Of a stretch of DNA of 64,000 nt, positions 9,644 through 18,997 are shown one piece after another. The position numbers and the translations under genes were made by a program. The notes under the pieces were generated by a model that saw nothing but the letters and a program-made list of their open reading frames with translations, was not told where the DNA came from and made no database searches. Source of the stretch: Clostridia bacterium (GTDB lineage: Bacteria; Bacillota; Clostridia; UMGS1883; UMGS1540); assembly GCA_045535515.1 (NCBI GenBank), contig JAZSLT010000016.1:11598-75597 (forward strand). Direction: 5' to 3'. Position 1 is the first letter of the stretch, and each line of letters begins with the position of its first letter.

Positions 9644-10780
9644 TTATGCCGCGCACCAGCGGAATAAAAGTGCACAAAGCACACTGCCGAAGGATTTTTT
9701 CGGCACATCCTCGGCTACCACGAGCGGCACCTCGCCAAGCACCTCCTCGCCCACATAAAAGAGAACGCGTCCCACTGCCTCGCCGGCAGGAAGCGGTGCC
9801 GTCAAGGCCTGGGAGGCCTCGATGCGGGTTTCCACCTTATCTCGCTTTGCCTTTTCCACAAGGGCCGAAAAGGGCGCGCCGCACCGAAGGGGGACCTCTC
9901 CTCGCACGCCTTTTTCCACGCGGGCCATGTGTACCGGCGTTTTTGTATCGGCCGCGGAGACGAGGGAGAAGTTAGCAAAGCCGTAGTCGAGAAGGGCGCG
10001 GGCGCTGTTGAACCTGTCCTTTGTGGTAGGTGCACCCATAATAACGGCAATAAGCTGCATATCCTGTCTTTTGGCTGTGGCGGAAAGACAGTAGAGCGCA
10101 TCGTCCGTCGAGCCTGTTTTGAGGCCATTGGCACCCTCGTAAAAGCGAATCAGCTTATTGGTGTTGGCCAGACCAAAAGCGCCGCCGCGAAGGCTGTCTA
10201 CCCATATCGTTGTAAAATCAAATATTTTTTCATGCCGCAGTAGTGCCTGGCTCATCAGCGCAATGTCATACGCGCTGGTAACATGCCCCTCCGTATCGAG
10301 TCCGTTGCAGTTTACAAAATGCGTATTTTGCATACCGAGGGCGGCTGCGCGTTCGTTCATCTGGCGGACAAACTCCGCCTCGCTGCCGGCCAGATGCTCC
10401 GCCATGGCCACACAGGCATCGTTGCCGGAGGCGACGGCGATCCCCTTCAAAAGGTCATGCACCGTCATCTGCTCGCCTGTGTCCAGAAAAATGGTGGAGC
10501 CACCCATGCGTTTTGCGTTTTCGCTGGCGGTGACAACGGTGTCGAGCGTGATGCGGCCATCTTCTATCGCCTCCATGATAAGGAGCATCGTCATTACCTT
10601 CGTTACGGATGCCGGCGGAAGCGGCTCGTGTATATTACTTTCATACAGAACACGGCCGGTAGATGCTTCCATCAAAAGGGCCGATTTGGCATGTATATCA
10701 AGTGCCGGTTCTTCCGCGGTGACCCGGGCACTCGGCAAAAGAAAAAGGGTAGAAAGAAAAAGGGCAAGAAATGTTTTCAA
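9644..10780 (-). CDS. D-alanyl-D-alanine carboxypeptidase (serine-type, PBP5/DacB/DacF class)
   Basis: Signal peptide; SVTK (SxxK), SGND (SxN) and KTG motifs in the canonical order. Confidence 0.8.
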   Translation of the reverse strand: MKTFLALFLSTLFLLPSARVTAEEPALDIHAKSALLMEASTGRVLYESNIHEPLPPASVTKVMTMLLIMEAIEDGRITLDTVVTASENAKRMGGSTIFLDTGEQMTVHDLLKGIAVASGNDACVAMAEHLAGSEAEFVRQMNERAAALGMQNTHFVNCNGLDTEGHVTSAYDIALMSQALLRHEKIFDFTTIWVDSLRGGAFGLANTNKLIRFYEGANGLKTGSTDDALYCLSATAKRQDMQLIAVIMGAPTTKDRFNSARALLDYGFANFSLVSAADTKTPVHMARVEKGVRGEVPLRCGAPFSALVEKAKRDKVETRIEASQALTAPLPAGEAVGRVLFYVGEEVLGEVPLVVAEDVPKKSFGSVLCALLFRWCAA

Positions 10781-10825
10781 AGGATAACCTCCCGGCTCGG
10801 CAAAAAATGCCGTTTTGGTAGTATC

Positions 10826-12085
10826 CTATTCTACCATGCCTACAATTATGCCCGGCACGGCAATATTTTCTTTTTCTATCTGCACGGCGGCACGGATTTT
10901 TTCCTCCGCCTCGGAAAGCGTTTCCTCGCGGTCTGTATATAGCTCGCAGAGAACGCCCCTGGCGCCATCGCCAAGGGATTTGTGCATCCGTATACCGGCA
11001 GAGGGGTCAATTTCGTCTTCCTTACGGACACGCCCGGCGCCTAAAAGGCATGCCGCCCGGCCGAGGGCGGCGGCGTCCATTTTCGTAATAAACCCTTCTT
11101 CCCGAAGGGTAATCCGGCGCGTAAATCGGGCAGGTTTAAAGTGCGAGAAATCCGATAAAATGTTTGGCTCTCCACCTTGCGCCTCGATAAACCGCCGGGC
11201 ACAGGAGAGGGCGGCGCCGCTGTCTAAAAGCGTTTCGAGCTTTTCCCGAGAGGCCCCTGTCAGCAAAGCAGCAAGGGCAACGGAAACCTCGCGAAGCGTA
11301 CCCTTTTTTCCCTGCAGGACGGCGATGGCCTCCATCACCTCAAGGGTATTGCCAATCGCATCCCCCAAAGGGGCGTCCATACGCGTCACGAGTGCGCGGG
11401 TATCGCGCGAGGCGCCTTTGCCTATATCCACCATAAGCCGCGCCAGCGCCAGCGCCTCTTCCTCCGTTTTCATAAAGGCACCGCTGCCTACCTTCACATC
11501 CAGAATGATTTTCCCGGCTCCAAGGGCCAGCTTTTTGCTCATAATACTCGCGGCAATCAGCGGCAGACTATCCACGGTGGCCGTAACATCGCGAAGGGCG
11601 TACAAAATTTTGTCTGCCGGGGCGATATTTGCGGTCTGCGCCGTGAGCACGCACCCGATTTTCTCAAGCTGTGCTTCAAATTCCGGGCCGGACAGGTTTG
11701 TCCGAAACCCGGGAATAGCCGAAAGCTTATCAATCGTGCCGCCCGTAAACCCGAGACCGCGACCGGAAAGCTTTGCCATTTTACCGCCGGCCGCCATCAC
11801 GAGCGGCAGCAGCACCAGCGTTGTGGTATCCCCTATGCCGCCGGTGCTGTGCTTGTCCGAAATATCCGGCCGAAGGGGAAAAACATCGCCGCTACCGGCC
11901 ATTTCCTGTGTAAGCGCCAGCGTCTCCGCGGCGTCCATTCCTCGTATAAACATGGCCATAAGAAGGGCGGCCGTCTGGTAATCGGCGATGGTGCCGCCTA
12001 CAAGACCGCGTACAAAAAAGGCGAGCTCCTCACGGGTTAAGGTGCCGCCATCTCGCTTTTTCTCTATAATGGAATAAATGTGCAT
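10826..12085 (-). CDS. pdp: pyrimidine-nucleoside (thymidine) phosphorylase
   Basis: MHIYSIIEKKRDGG N-term and DKHSTGGIGDTT phosphate-binding motif. Start moved to the internal ATG 6 nt after GGGGATGG rather than the track start. Confidence 0.85.
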   Translation of the reverse strand: MHIYSIIEKKRDGGTLTREELAFFVRGLVGGTIADYQTAALLMAMFIRGMDAAETLALTQEMAGSGDVFPLRPDISDKHSTGGIGDTTTLVLLPLVMAAGGKMAKLSGRGLGFTGGTIDKLSAIPGFRTNLSGPEFEAQLEKIGCVLTAQTANIAPADKILYALRDVTATVDSLPLIAASIMSKKLALGAGKIILDVKVGSGAFMKTEEEALALARLMVDIGKGASRDTRALVTRMDAPLGDAIGNTLEVMEAIAVLQGKKGTLREVSVALAALLTGASREKLETLLDSGAALSCARRFIEAQGGEPNILSDFSHFKPARFTRRITLREEGFITKMDAAALGRAACLLGAGRVRKEDEIDPSAGIRMHKSLGDGARGVLCELYTDREETLSEAEEKIRAAVQIEKENIAVPGIIVGMVE

Positions 12086-12101
12086 CGTTTCCATCCCCTT
12101 T

Positions 12102-12965
12102 TTAATTGGCGCGCGGGTGCGCCTTGTTATAAACATCCAGAATTTTATTTTCAATAATTTTAGTGTAGATAGCCGTAGAGGAAGGGTCAATAAAGCCCAT
12201 CATTTCCTGAATGGAAGAAAGGTCCGCTCCGTTTTCCAGAAGATGCGCCGCAAACGAATGGCGGAGCATGTGCGGTGTAATTTCCTTATCCAGGCCGGCG
12301 GCGCGGCTGTATTTTTTAAGTAACTTCCAAAAGCCCTGACGGGACATACGCGTACCGTTGCAGCTGACAAAAAGTGCCACCTCGCCGCTGCCCCGGAAAA
12401 GGTGCGGCCGGGCGTTTTTCAGGTAGTCATTCAGCGCCGTATAGCAGGGCCTTCCAAAGGGAATGGTGCGCTTTCGCTCGCCGCGGCGCAAAACGAGCGT
12501 ACGCCGTCTTATGTTCAGATTTTCAATATTAAGACCGACAAGCTCGGAAACCGTAATACCGGTAGCATATAAAAGCTCAAGCATGGCGCGGTCACGCATC
12601 GCTTTTGGCGTATCGCCTGCCGGTGCCGCCAGAAGGCGTACCGCTTCTTCATAGGTAAGAATAACCGGGAGCTTATGGTCCAGAGCCGGCCGCGTGATGT
12701 TTGCCGTGGGCAATGCGTGGCACCGGCCAATCGAAACCAGATAGTGATAATAGGTACTCAGCGAAGAAAGCATCCGCAAAATGGTGGCGCTGGACCGTCC
12801 GGCGCTTTGCAGATGCCGCATAAAGGCGAGGATATCCTCCTCACCGGCCTCGGCCGCATCCCGCCCTAAAAAGGCAGAAAATTGCCCGAGGCTCTCGAGG
12901 TATGCCCTGGCAGTTTGGGGAGAAACACATTTTTCTGTTTGTAAAAAGGTAAGATAGGCTTGCAA
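12102..12965 (-). CDS. xerD: site-specific tyrosine recombinase XerD
   Basis: 287 aa; C-terminal catalytic region HMLRHSFAAHLLENGADLSSIQEMMGF...Y (R..H-R-H..Y pattern). Confidence 0.8.
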   Translation of the reverse strand: MQAYLTFLQTEKCVSPQTARAYLESLGQFSAFLGRDAAEAGEEDILAFMRHLQSAGRSSATILRMLSSLSTYYHYLVSIGRCHALPTANITRPALDHKLPVILTYEEAVRLLAAPAGDTPKAMRDRAMLELLYATGITVSELVGLNIENLNIRRRTLVLRRGERKRTIPFGRPCYTALNDYLKNARPHLFRGSGEVALFVSCNGTRMSRQGFWKLLKKYSRAAGLDKEITPHMLRHSFAAHLLENGADLSSIQEMMGFIDPSSTAIYTKIIENKILDVYNKAHPRAN

Positions 12966-12978
12966 AAAGAAAACTCCT

Positions 12979-13536
12979 TTACAGATGTGTGCCTAAAACG
13001 GCCTTTAAAATCGGCGCGGAAATGTAGCCTTCTATCAGACACCCGAAAAAAAGCGGGATGGACAGAAAAAGCGAAGAAAGCAAATAGGAGGACAGGCGGT
13101 TTTTGCCCTCCCGCAGAAGGAGCCGGCGGGAAAAACGCGCCCCGTGTATGGCTAAAAGACATAAAAACGGTACATAAAAGAGGTTGTGCGGAAACACGCC
13201 GCCCACCGCCGCCCAGAAGCCGCGAAGGCCGAAGGAACCCACAAGCGCACCCACCGTTTTTCCGATGGTATAGCCGCGTCCGCCCAGAAGAACGCAAGCA
13301 GGCAGCGCACCCAGCACGGTCGTGCCGAAAACGCAAAGGAGAGAGGCGGCTATCGCAGTTTGTCCCAGCGCTTTTTGAAAGCTGTCCAGACAAAGCGAGG
13401 GGGAGGAAAGGCTTTCTGCCGCCGCCGCAAATAAGGGGGCCGTATCCAGACCTGCCGATGCCACCGCACCTAAAATAAGGCCGGCCACCAGCGCCGCCGG
13501 CATACAGATAAAACGAAGATTGCTCTTTTCTTTCAT
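12979..13536 (-). CDS. spoIIM: stage II sporulation protein M
   Basis: Polytopic 185 aa; FPHNLFYVPF and C-terminal IEGYISAPILK match B. subtilis SpoIIM (FPQNLFFIPA ... IEAYISPVLMK). Confidence 0.7.
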   Translation of the reverse strand: MKEKSNLRFICMPAALVAGLILGAVASAGLDTAPLFAAAAESLSSPSLCLDSFQKALGQTAIAASLLCVFGTTVLGALPACVLLGGRGYTIGKTVGALVGSFGLRGFWAAVGGVFPHNLFYVPFLCLLAIHGARFSRRLLLREGKNRLSSYLLSSLFLSIPLFFGCLIEGYISAPILKAVLGTHL

Positions 13537-13584
13537 GGTAAGCCTCCTTTTGGCACAGTTTATGCGCCGGGGAGGACAAGTATG

Positions 13585-14370
13585 TTATTTTTTCAGCGCG
13601 GCACTTTTTTCGGCACACTTTTTCTCGGCCTCCAGCACAGCGGCGCGAAAGCCCTTCTTTTCAAGTGCCTCTACCGCCGCGATGGTTGTGCCGCCGGGCG
13701 AGCAGACATTATCACAAAGAATGGCCGGATGTTCCCCGGTTTCCAGCACCATTTTGGCGGCGCCGAGGACGGTTTGTGCCGCAAGCAAAAGCGCGTCCTT
13801 TTTCGTAAGACCTTGTACCACACCGCCGGCGGCCATGGCATCTATCAGCATGTAGGCATAGGCGGGGCCGCTGCCGCTGACGGCCACAACGGCATCCATC
13901 AGGCTCTCCGGCACCTGTACACAAAGTCCCACTGCCGAGAAAACGGCCTCTACTTTGTCGGCATCCGCTTTTGTGGCCGGCGGCGCGAAGGAGATAGCCG
14001 TCATCCCTGCGCCGACGAGAGCCGGTGTATTCGGCATCAGGCGTACGATGCGGGCATCCGGTAAAAGAGAGGCAATAAAGCCGATAGTAATTCCGGCAGC
14101 AATAGAAACGACAAGCTTTCCGCGAAGAACGGCGGAAAGGGCCGGGAGTGCCTTTTCATAAATATTCGGCTTTATGGCCAAAATCACCATATCGCCAAAA
14201 GAAGCGGCAGCCTCATTGGTTCCTGTTTGTACCCCCAGTGCCGCGGCGGCATGGAGCTTTTCGGCCGAAATGTCGCTTACAAAAATGTCAGCCCGTGCCG
14301 TACCTGCGCCAAGGAGTCCTTTTGTGATGGCGGTGGACATATTCCCCGCTCCTATAATGCCTATTTTCAT
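13585..14370 (-). CDS. proC: pyrroline-5-carboxylate reductase
   Basis: MKIGIIGAGNMSTAI Rossmann N-term and typical P5CR length (261 aa). Confidence 0.85.
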   Translation of the reverse strand: MKIGIIGAGNMSTAITKGLLGAGTARADIFVSDISAEKLHAAAALGVQTGTNEAAASFGDMVILAIKPNIYEKALPALSAVLRGKLVVSIAAGITIGFIASLLPDARIVRLMPNTPALVGAGMTAISFAPPATKADADKVEAVFSAVGLCVQVPESLMDAVVAVSGSGPAYAYMLIDAMAAGGVVQGLTKKDALLLAAQTVLGAAKMVLETGEHPAILCDNVCSPGGTTIAAVEALEKKGFRAAVLEAEKKCAEKSAALKK

Positions 14371-14645
14371 TTTTTATCCTGCCTTTCTGTGGTCCCCGGG
14401 CGCGTTTCTTTTGCCGGATAGCCGGAAGGGCATCCGGCCCCCGAAAATAAAATTTGATTTTTTTTCCATGTTGTGATAAGATAAGAAAAACCGGGTTACA
14501 CATAAAATCGATATATTCCCAGTATACTACATATTTTTTAAAAAAGCAAGGGGCGAATACAAAATCAAAATATCCCCGTTGCCGTTGCCCCGCGGCGAAG
14601 GGAACCAAACAGCAAAACCGATATAGCAGGAAAGGATGATGCAGA

Positions 14646-15389
14646 ATGAAAGCCATTATTTTAGCAGCGGGGAAGGGAACGCGTCTACAATCGGAGGCCT
14701 TCCAGCTCCCGAAGGTGCTTCGCTCGCTTTGCGGCAAGCCCTTAATTGGCCATGTGCTGGAAAACACCGCCTTTATTGCACCGGAGGATACGGTGCTTGT
14801 GGTGGGGTATATGCACGAGAAAGTAAAAGCTGAGGTTGGTGACCGGTATCCGTACGCCTTGCAAACGGAGCAAAAGGGAACGGGACATGCGGTGCTGGCG
14901 GCCGAAGAATATTTTACGGACTATGACGGCGATGTGATTATCCTCTTTGGTGATATGCCCATGTTCACGCGTGAAATCTATGAAGGTGTGGTAGAGAAGC
15001 ATAAGGCGAGCGGCGCCGACCTTACCATTCTGACCGCTGAACTGGACGCGCCGCTACCCTACGGCAGAATTGTCCGCGATGCCGCCGGTAAGATTTCGGA
15101 TATCGTGGAGCAAAAGGATGCCACCGAGGAACAGAAGGCCATAAAGGAGCTGAATGTCGGCATTTTTGTCGCGAAGAGCCGTGAACTGTTTGCCGCCCTG
15201 CATAAAATAGGCAACAACAATGCCCAAGGCGAGTATTACCTTACCGATGTGCCGAAAATCCTGCTTCGTGAGGGCAAAAAGGTGGACACGCATACCATTT
15301 ACGATGAGGTGGCGATTGTCGGCGTAAACACGGTAGAGGATTTGGCGTTTTGCGAAAAGCACATGAAGGCAAGAGGACAAAAGGCGTAA
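14646..15389 (+). CDS. GlmU-like sugar-1-phosphate nucleotidyltransferase domain only (no acetyltransferase domain)
   Basis: 247 aa; AIILAAGKGTRL, LPKVL and GKPLI motifs, and IVEQKDATEEQKAIKELNVGIF...NNAQGEYYLTDV closely parallels the GlmU N-terminal domain. ORF stops before any left-handed beta-helix domain. Confidence 0.7.
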   Translation: MKAIILAAGKGTRLQSEAFQLPKVLRSLCGKPLIGHVLENTAFIAPEDTVLVVGYMHEKVKAEVGDRYPYALQTEQKGTGHAVLAAEEYFTDYDGDVIILFGDMPMFTREIYEGVVEKHKASGADLTILTAELDAPLPYGRIVRDAAGKISDIVEQKDATEEQKAIKELNVGIFVAKSRELFAALHKIGNNNAQGEYYLTDVPKILLREGKKVDTHTIYDEVAIVGVNTVEDLAFCEKHMKARGQKA

Positions 15390-15532
15390 AGTGTTTATGG
15401 CCGAGTTGTCCAAAAAAAGACGAATTATTTGAAAAAAAGAGGCAAAGCTATTGACATTTTTGGTAAAAAAATGTATGATAAAGGAAACGATGGAATCGTT
15501 CCAACATTTATTTTCTTTATAGGAGGAAAACA

Positions 15533-16702
15533 ATGAGCAGAGTGCAAATTCCCTTGGAGGAATACAAGCAGAGAGTTAAAAACGCAGCGGCAAAGGCTGC
15601 GGAATGGGGCCTGGATGTGCTGGTCGTAAACGGCAACGAGGCCGATTACGCAAACACCCGTTATTTCAGCAATTTCTGGCCTGTATTTGAAAGATGTGGC
15701 GTAGCCATTTCCGCTACCGGCAATGTAGCGCTGATGGTTGGCCCGGAAAGCGAAATTTTCGCTTCGGATTTCGGCGTGATTGATGATATTTTCGTACTGC
15801 TCGAGTATCGTGAATCGGCAAACCCCGCTTATCCGGAGCTCAAACCCCAGACCTATAATGATGTATTTAAAAAGCTGGGCGTTACCGGCGAAAACATCCG
15901 CATCGGTGTTGCCTCCTGGCTGGACACCAATGTAGTTATGATGGAGGGCCTCAAGGCCGCTTACCCGAAGGCAGAAATCGTTCGCGCGGATGACATTATG
16001 GTACAGCTTCGCTCGGTAAAGAGTGACAATGAAATTGCCTGCCTTAGAGAAGCGGCACGCATCACCCAGCTGGCTACAGATGCCGTTATTAAGGCTATCC
16101 GCCCGGGTATGACCGAGCTGCAGCTCGTAGGTGTTGCCCAGAAGACCATTTATGAAAACGGTGCCGAATACGAAGGCCTGCCGATGTACTGCTTCAGCCA
16201 GAAGAGCACAAAGCATGCTATTTCCCGTTCTTCCTATAAGGAAATCCAGATGGGCGATATTGTACAGCTGAACCTTTCCGCTAAAATCTGCGGTTATTCC
16301 CCCAGTATCGGCATGCCGATTAGCATGGGCAAGCTGACGGGTGAGAAGAAAGAGCTGGTTGAGTTTGGTCTCGAGGCGCATATGTGGACAGAAAAGCAGC
16401 TGCGCGCCGGCGTTCTTTCCGGCGATATTGCCAAGAACTTCATCAAGTTCTTTGAAGAACACGGCAAGCGCCAGAACTATTTTTACGGTCCTTGCCACGG
16501 CCTCGGTCTTATCGAGGTAGAGGCGCCGTGGATGGAAACTATTTCTGATTATGTTCTGAAGAAGAATATGACCTTCCAGATTGATACCTTTGCCATGGGA
16601 AGCGATTTCGGTCTGCGTTGGGAGAAGCCGATTGCCATTACGGAAACCGGTGTGGACCTTCTGAGCGACCAGATTGGTACGATTTACGAGCTGGAATTCT
16701 AA
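15533..16702 (+). CDS. M24 family metallopeptidase (Xaa-Pro aminopeptidase/creatinase-like)
   Basis: 389 aa with N-terminal creatinase-like domain and C-terminal pita-bread fold. Confidence 0.7.
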   Translation: MSRVQIPLEEYKQRVKNAAAKAAEWGLDVLVVNGNEADYANTRYFSNFWPVFERCGVAISATGNVALMVGPESEIFASDFGVIDDIFVLLEYRESANPAYPELKPQTYNDVFKKLGVTGENIRIGVASWLDTNVVMMEGLKAAYPKAEIVRADDIMVQLRSVKSDNEIACLREAARITQLATDAVIKAIRPGMTELQLVGVAQKTIYENGAEYEGLPMYCFSQKSTKHAISRSSYKEIQMGDIVQLNLSAKICGYSPSIGMPISMGKLTGEKKELVEFGLEAHMWTEKQLRAGVLSGDIAKNFIKFFEEHGKRQNYFYGPCHGLGLIEVEAPWMETISDYVLKKNMTFQIDTFAMGSDFGLRWEKPIAITETGVDLLSDQIGTIYELEF

Positions 16703-16765
16703 AAGTAATTTTTAGCGGCAGTACGGCAAGTGCCGTACTGCCGCTACGATTAAGGAGAAAAAATA

Positions 16766-17130
16766 TGGATAACGGAAAGAAATTATGGGTATTTCCGGAT
16801 TTGGAAATGCCGCAAAAGGGCAAATTTGAAAATATCGGACATGAGTCTATCATCATTCTGAATATGAACGATGCACCGGCCAATATTAAAATGACGCTGT
16901 ATTTTGCCGACCGTGAGCCGGTACGCGACATCCCGCTTGTGGTGGAGGGTAACCGCGTTCGTTGCCTGCGCACCTATAATCCTGATGATTTCGGCGGATT
17001 TGAAATCCCTGTAGAAACGCAGTACGCCATCCGTATTGACAGCGATGTGCCGGTGGTTGCCCAGTATGGCCGTCTTGACACCAGCGACCAGCCGATGGCA
17101 TTTTATACGGTAATGGGATACTCGAATTAA
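16766..17130 (+). CDS. sensory rhodopsin transducer (ASRT) family all-beta protein
   Basis: 121 aa; GHESIIILNMNDAPANIKMTLYFADREPV...VPVVAQYGRLDTSDQ resembles my recollection of Anabaena ASRT/TM1070. ATG at 16766 after AAGGAGA. Terminator at 17152-17195. Confidence 0.45.
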
Positions 17131-17473
17131 AGGGCACCAAAAGGAAAAAACAGACTGACTTCGTTTTGAAAGCGGAGTCAGTTTTATTTTTTCTGTTTTG
17201 CTAAAATGAGGTACATGGGCGCGCTCTTTTTTATCGCAAAACAAGGAGGGAAATGTTTTTTTGTAACATGCAGAAATAAGGACACAATTCAAAAGAATTT
17301 TTGCGTGTAATAAAAAATGGCAAAATATTTAAGAACTTTTCGTAATATCTTTACTTTTTTGTTCTTTTTTGCTATATTTTAAGTAGGTAATAGGTGGCGA
17401 GCGGATGCCTTTTTGGTGCAAGGCTCTGCGCACCTGAAAACGGAACAAAAATTTTAAAAAGGTGGTATGAAAG

Positions 17474-18631
17474 ATGGTTATTGGTATCCCGAAGGAGATT
17501 ATGCACGGCGAGGGCCGTGTATCCGCAATTCCCGAAACGGTTTCTCTGCTCCGCGCGGAAGGCTTTGATGTTCTTGTAGAGAACAAAGCAGGCGAAGGCG
17601 CACTTTTTTCTGATGCAGAATATGCAGCAGCCGGCGCTACCATGATTGCGGACGCGGAAGAGCTTTACGCAAAGAGCGACATTATCTTAAAGGTTAAAGA
17701 ACCGCAGTTCAACGAAGCGAAGGGCAAGCACGAGGTAGATATGATGCATGAGGGGCAGTACCTCATCACCTTTATTCATCCGGCCTCGCCCGTTAACCAC
17801 GAAATGGTGAAGAACATGGCGGCAAAGGGCGTAATCAGCCTTACTCTTGACGGTGTTCCGCGTATTTCCAGAGCGCAGAAGATGGACGCGCTCTCTTCCA
17901 TGAGCACCTGTGCAGGCTATAAGGGTATCCTTATGGCGGCCAATGATTTGAAGAAGTTTATTCCCCCGATTTTCTGTGCCGTCGGTCAGGTTAAGCCCTG
18001 TAATGTAATGGTTATCGGTACAGGCGTTGCAGGCCTCCGCGCACTCGCTACCGCAAAGGGTCTTGGTGCGATTACATACGCGGCCGACATTCGTCCGGCA
18101 GCAGCCGAGCAGGCCATGAGCCTTGGGGCCAAAATCGTGGACACCGGCGTTCCGGCTGAAATTGCAGTTGGTGAGGGCGGCTATGCCAATGCCCTTCCCG
18201 AGGAATGGCTCGTAAAGGAAAGAGCCGCGCTGGCAGATGCGATTAAGGAGATGGACATTATCTTCTGTTCTGCCCTCGTTCCCAGCAAGCTCGCCCCTGT
18301 TATTCTGACGGAAGAGCTTGTCAAGACCATGAAGCCCGGCTCCGTTATCGTAGACATTTCGATTGACCAGGGCGGTAACTGTGCGATTACAGACCCCGGC
18401 GAAACGGCTGTAAAGCATCAGGTTACGATTGAAGGCATCAAGAATATTCCCGGTATGCTGCCCACAAGCTCTACCTGGATGTTCTCGCATAATATCTACA
18501 ACCTCGTAAAGTATCTGGCTAAAGACGGCAAGATGAGCCTGGATATGAACGATGATATCGTAAAGGGAATCCTGACCACCATCGGTGGCGAGATTGTTCA
18601 TAAGGGCGCGCTGGAAGCCATGAACAAATAA
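17474..18631 (+). CDS. pntA: NAD(P) transhydrogenase subunit alpha part 1 (dI domain)
   Basis: 385 aa; alanine dehydrogenase/PNT fold, MVIGIPKEI N-term and GxGxxG (VIGTGVAG). Confidence 0.9.
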   Translation: MVIGIPKEIMHGEGRVSAIPETVSLLRAEGFDVLVENKAGEGALFSDAEYAAAGATMIADAEELYAKSDIILKVKEPQFNEAKGKHEVDMMHEGQYLITFIHPASPVNHEMVKNMAAKGVISLTLDGVPRISRAQKMDALSSMSTCAGYKGILMAANDLKKFIPPIFCAVGQVKPCNVMVIGTGVAGLRALATAKGLGAITYAADIRPAAAEQAMSLGAKIVDTGVPAEIAVGEGGYANALPEEWLVKERAALADAIKEMDIIFCSALVPSKLAPVILTEELVKTMKPGSVIVDISIDQGGNCAITDPGETAVKHQVTIEGIKNIPGMLPTSSTWMFSHNIYNLVKYLAKDGKMSLDMNDDIVKGILTTIGGEIVHKGALEAMNK

Positions 18632-18703
18632 TTTTTAAAAAGCAATCCCATCAACCCGCACTCTTTCTGGGTGCGGATTGATGTGTATATGGGAGGAAAT
18701 ATT

Positions 18704-18997
18704 ATGGGAATTATTTTAATACTCATATTCGTGGTGGCCGCCATTGTCGGTTATTTTATCATCAATAAGGTGCCCACCCTTTTGCACACACCCCTCATGT
18801 CCGGCATGAACGCGCTTTCCGGCATAACGGTCTTAGGAGCGCTCACCACCATCGCCGTGGTGGTCCGGGAAAAAGGCTCCGTTTTAAGTGTAATTATCGG
18901 CATTTTGGCCATTATCTTTGCCATGGTCAATGTAGTGGGCGGATTTGCCGTAACCGGCAGAATGCTTAGAATGTTTAAGACAAAGGAGGACAAATAA
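18704..18997 (+). CDS. pntA: NAD(P) transhydrogenase subunit alpha part 2 (membrane)
   Basis: About 97 aa with 3 TM helices; ATG at 18704 lies 7 nt after GGGAGG. Stop overlaps the pntB start. Confidence 0.8.
   Translation: MGIILILIFVVAAIVGYFIINKVPTLLHTPLMSGMNALSGITVLGALTTIAVVVREKGSVLSVIIGILAIIFAMVNVVGGFAVTGRMLRMFKTKEDK

Noticed and set aside
10815-11981. 388 aa ORF on the plus strand
   Set aside because: It is entirely antisense to the well-supported pdp gene. It is Ser/Ala/Arg-rich low complexity, typical of a stop-codon-poor antisense frame in roughly 60% GC DNA.
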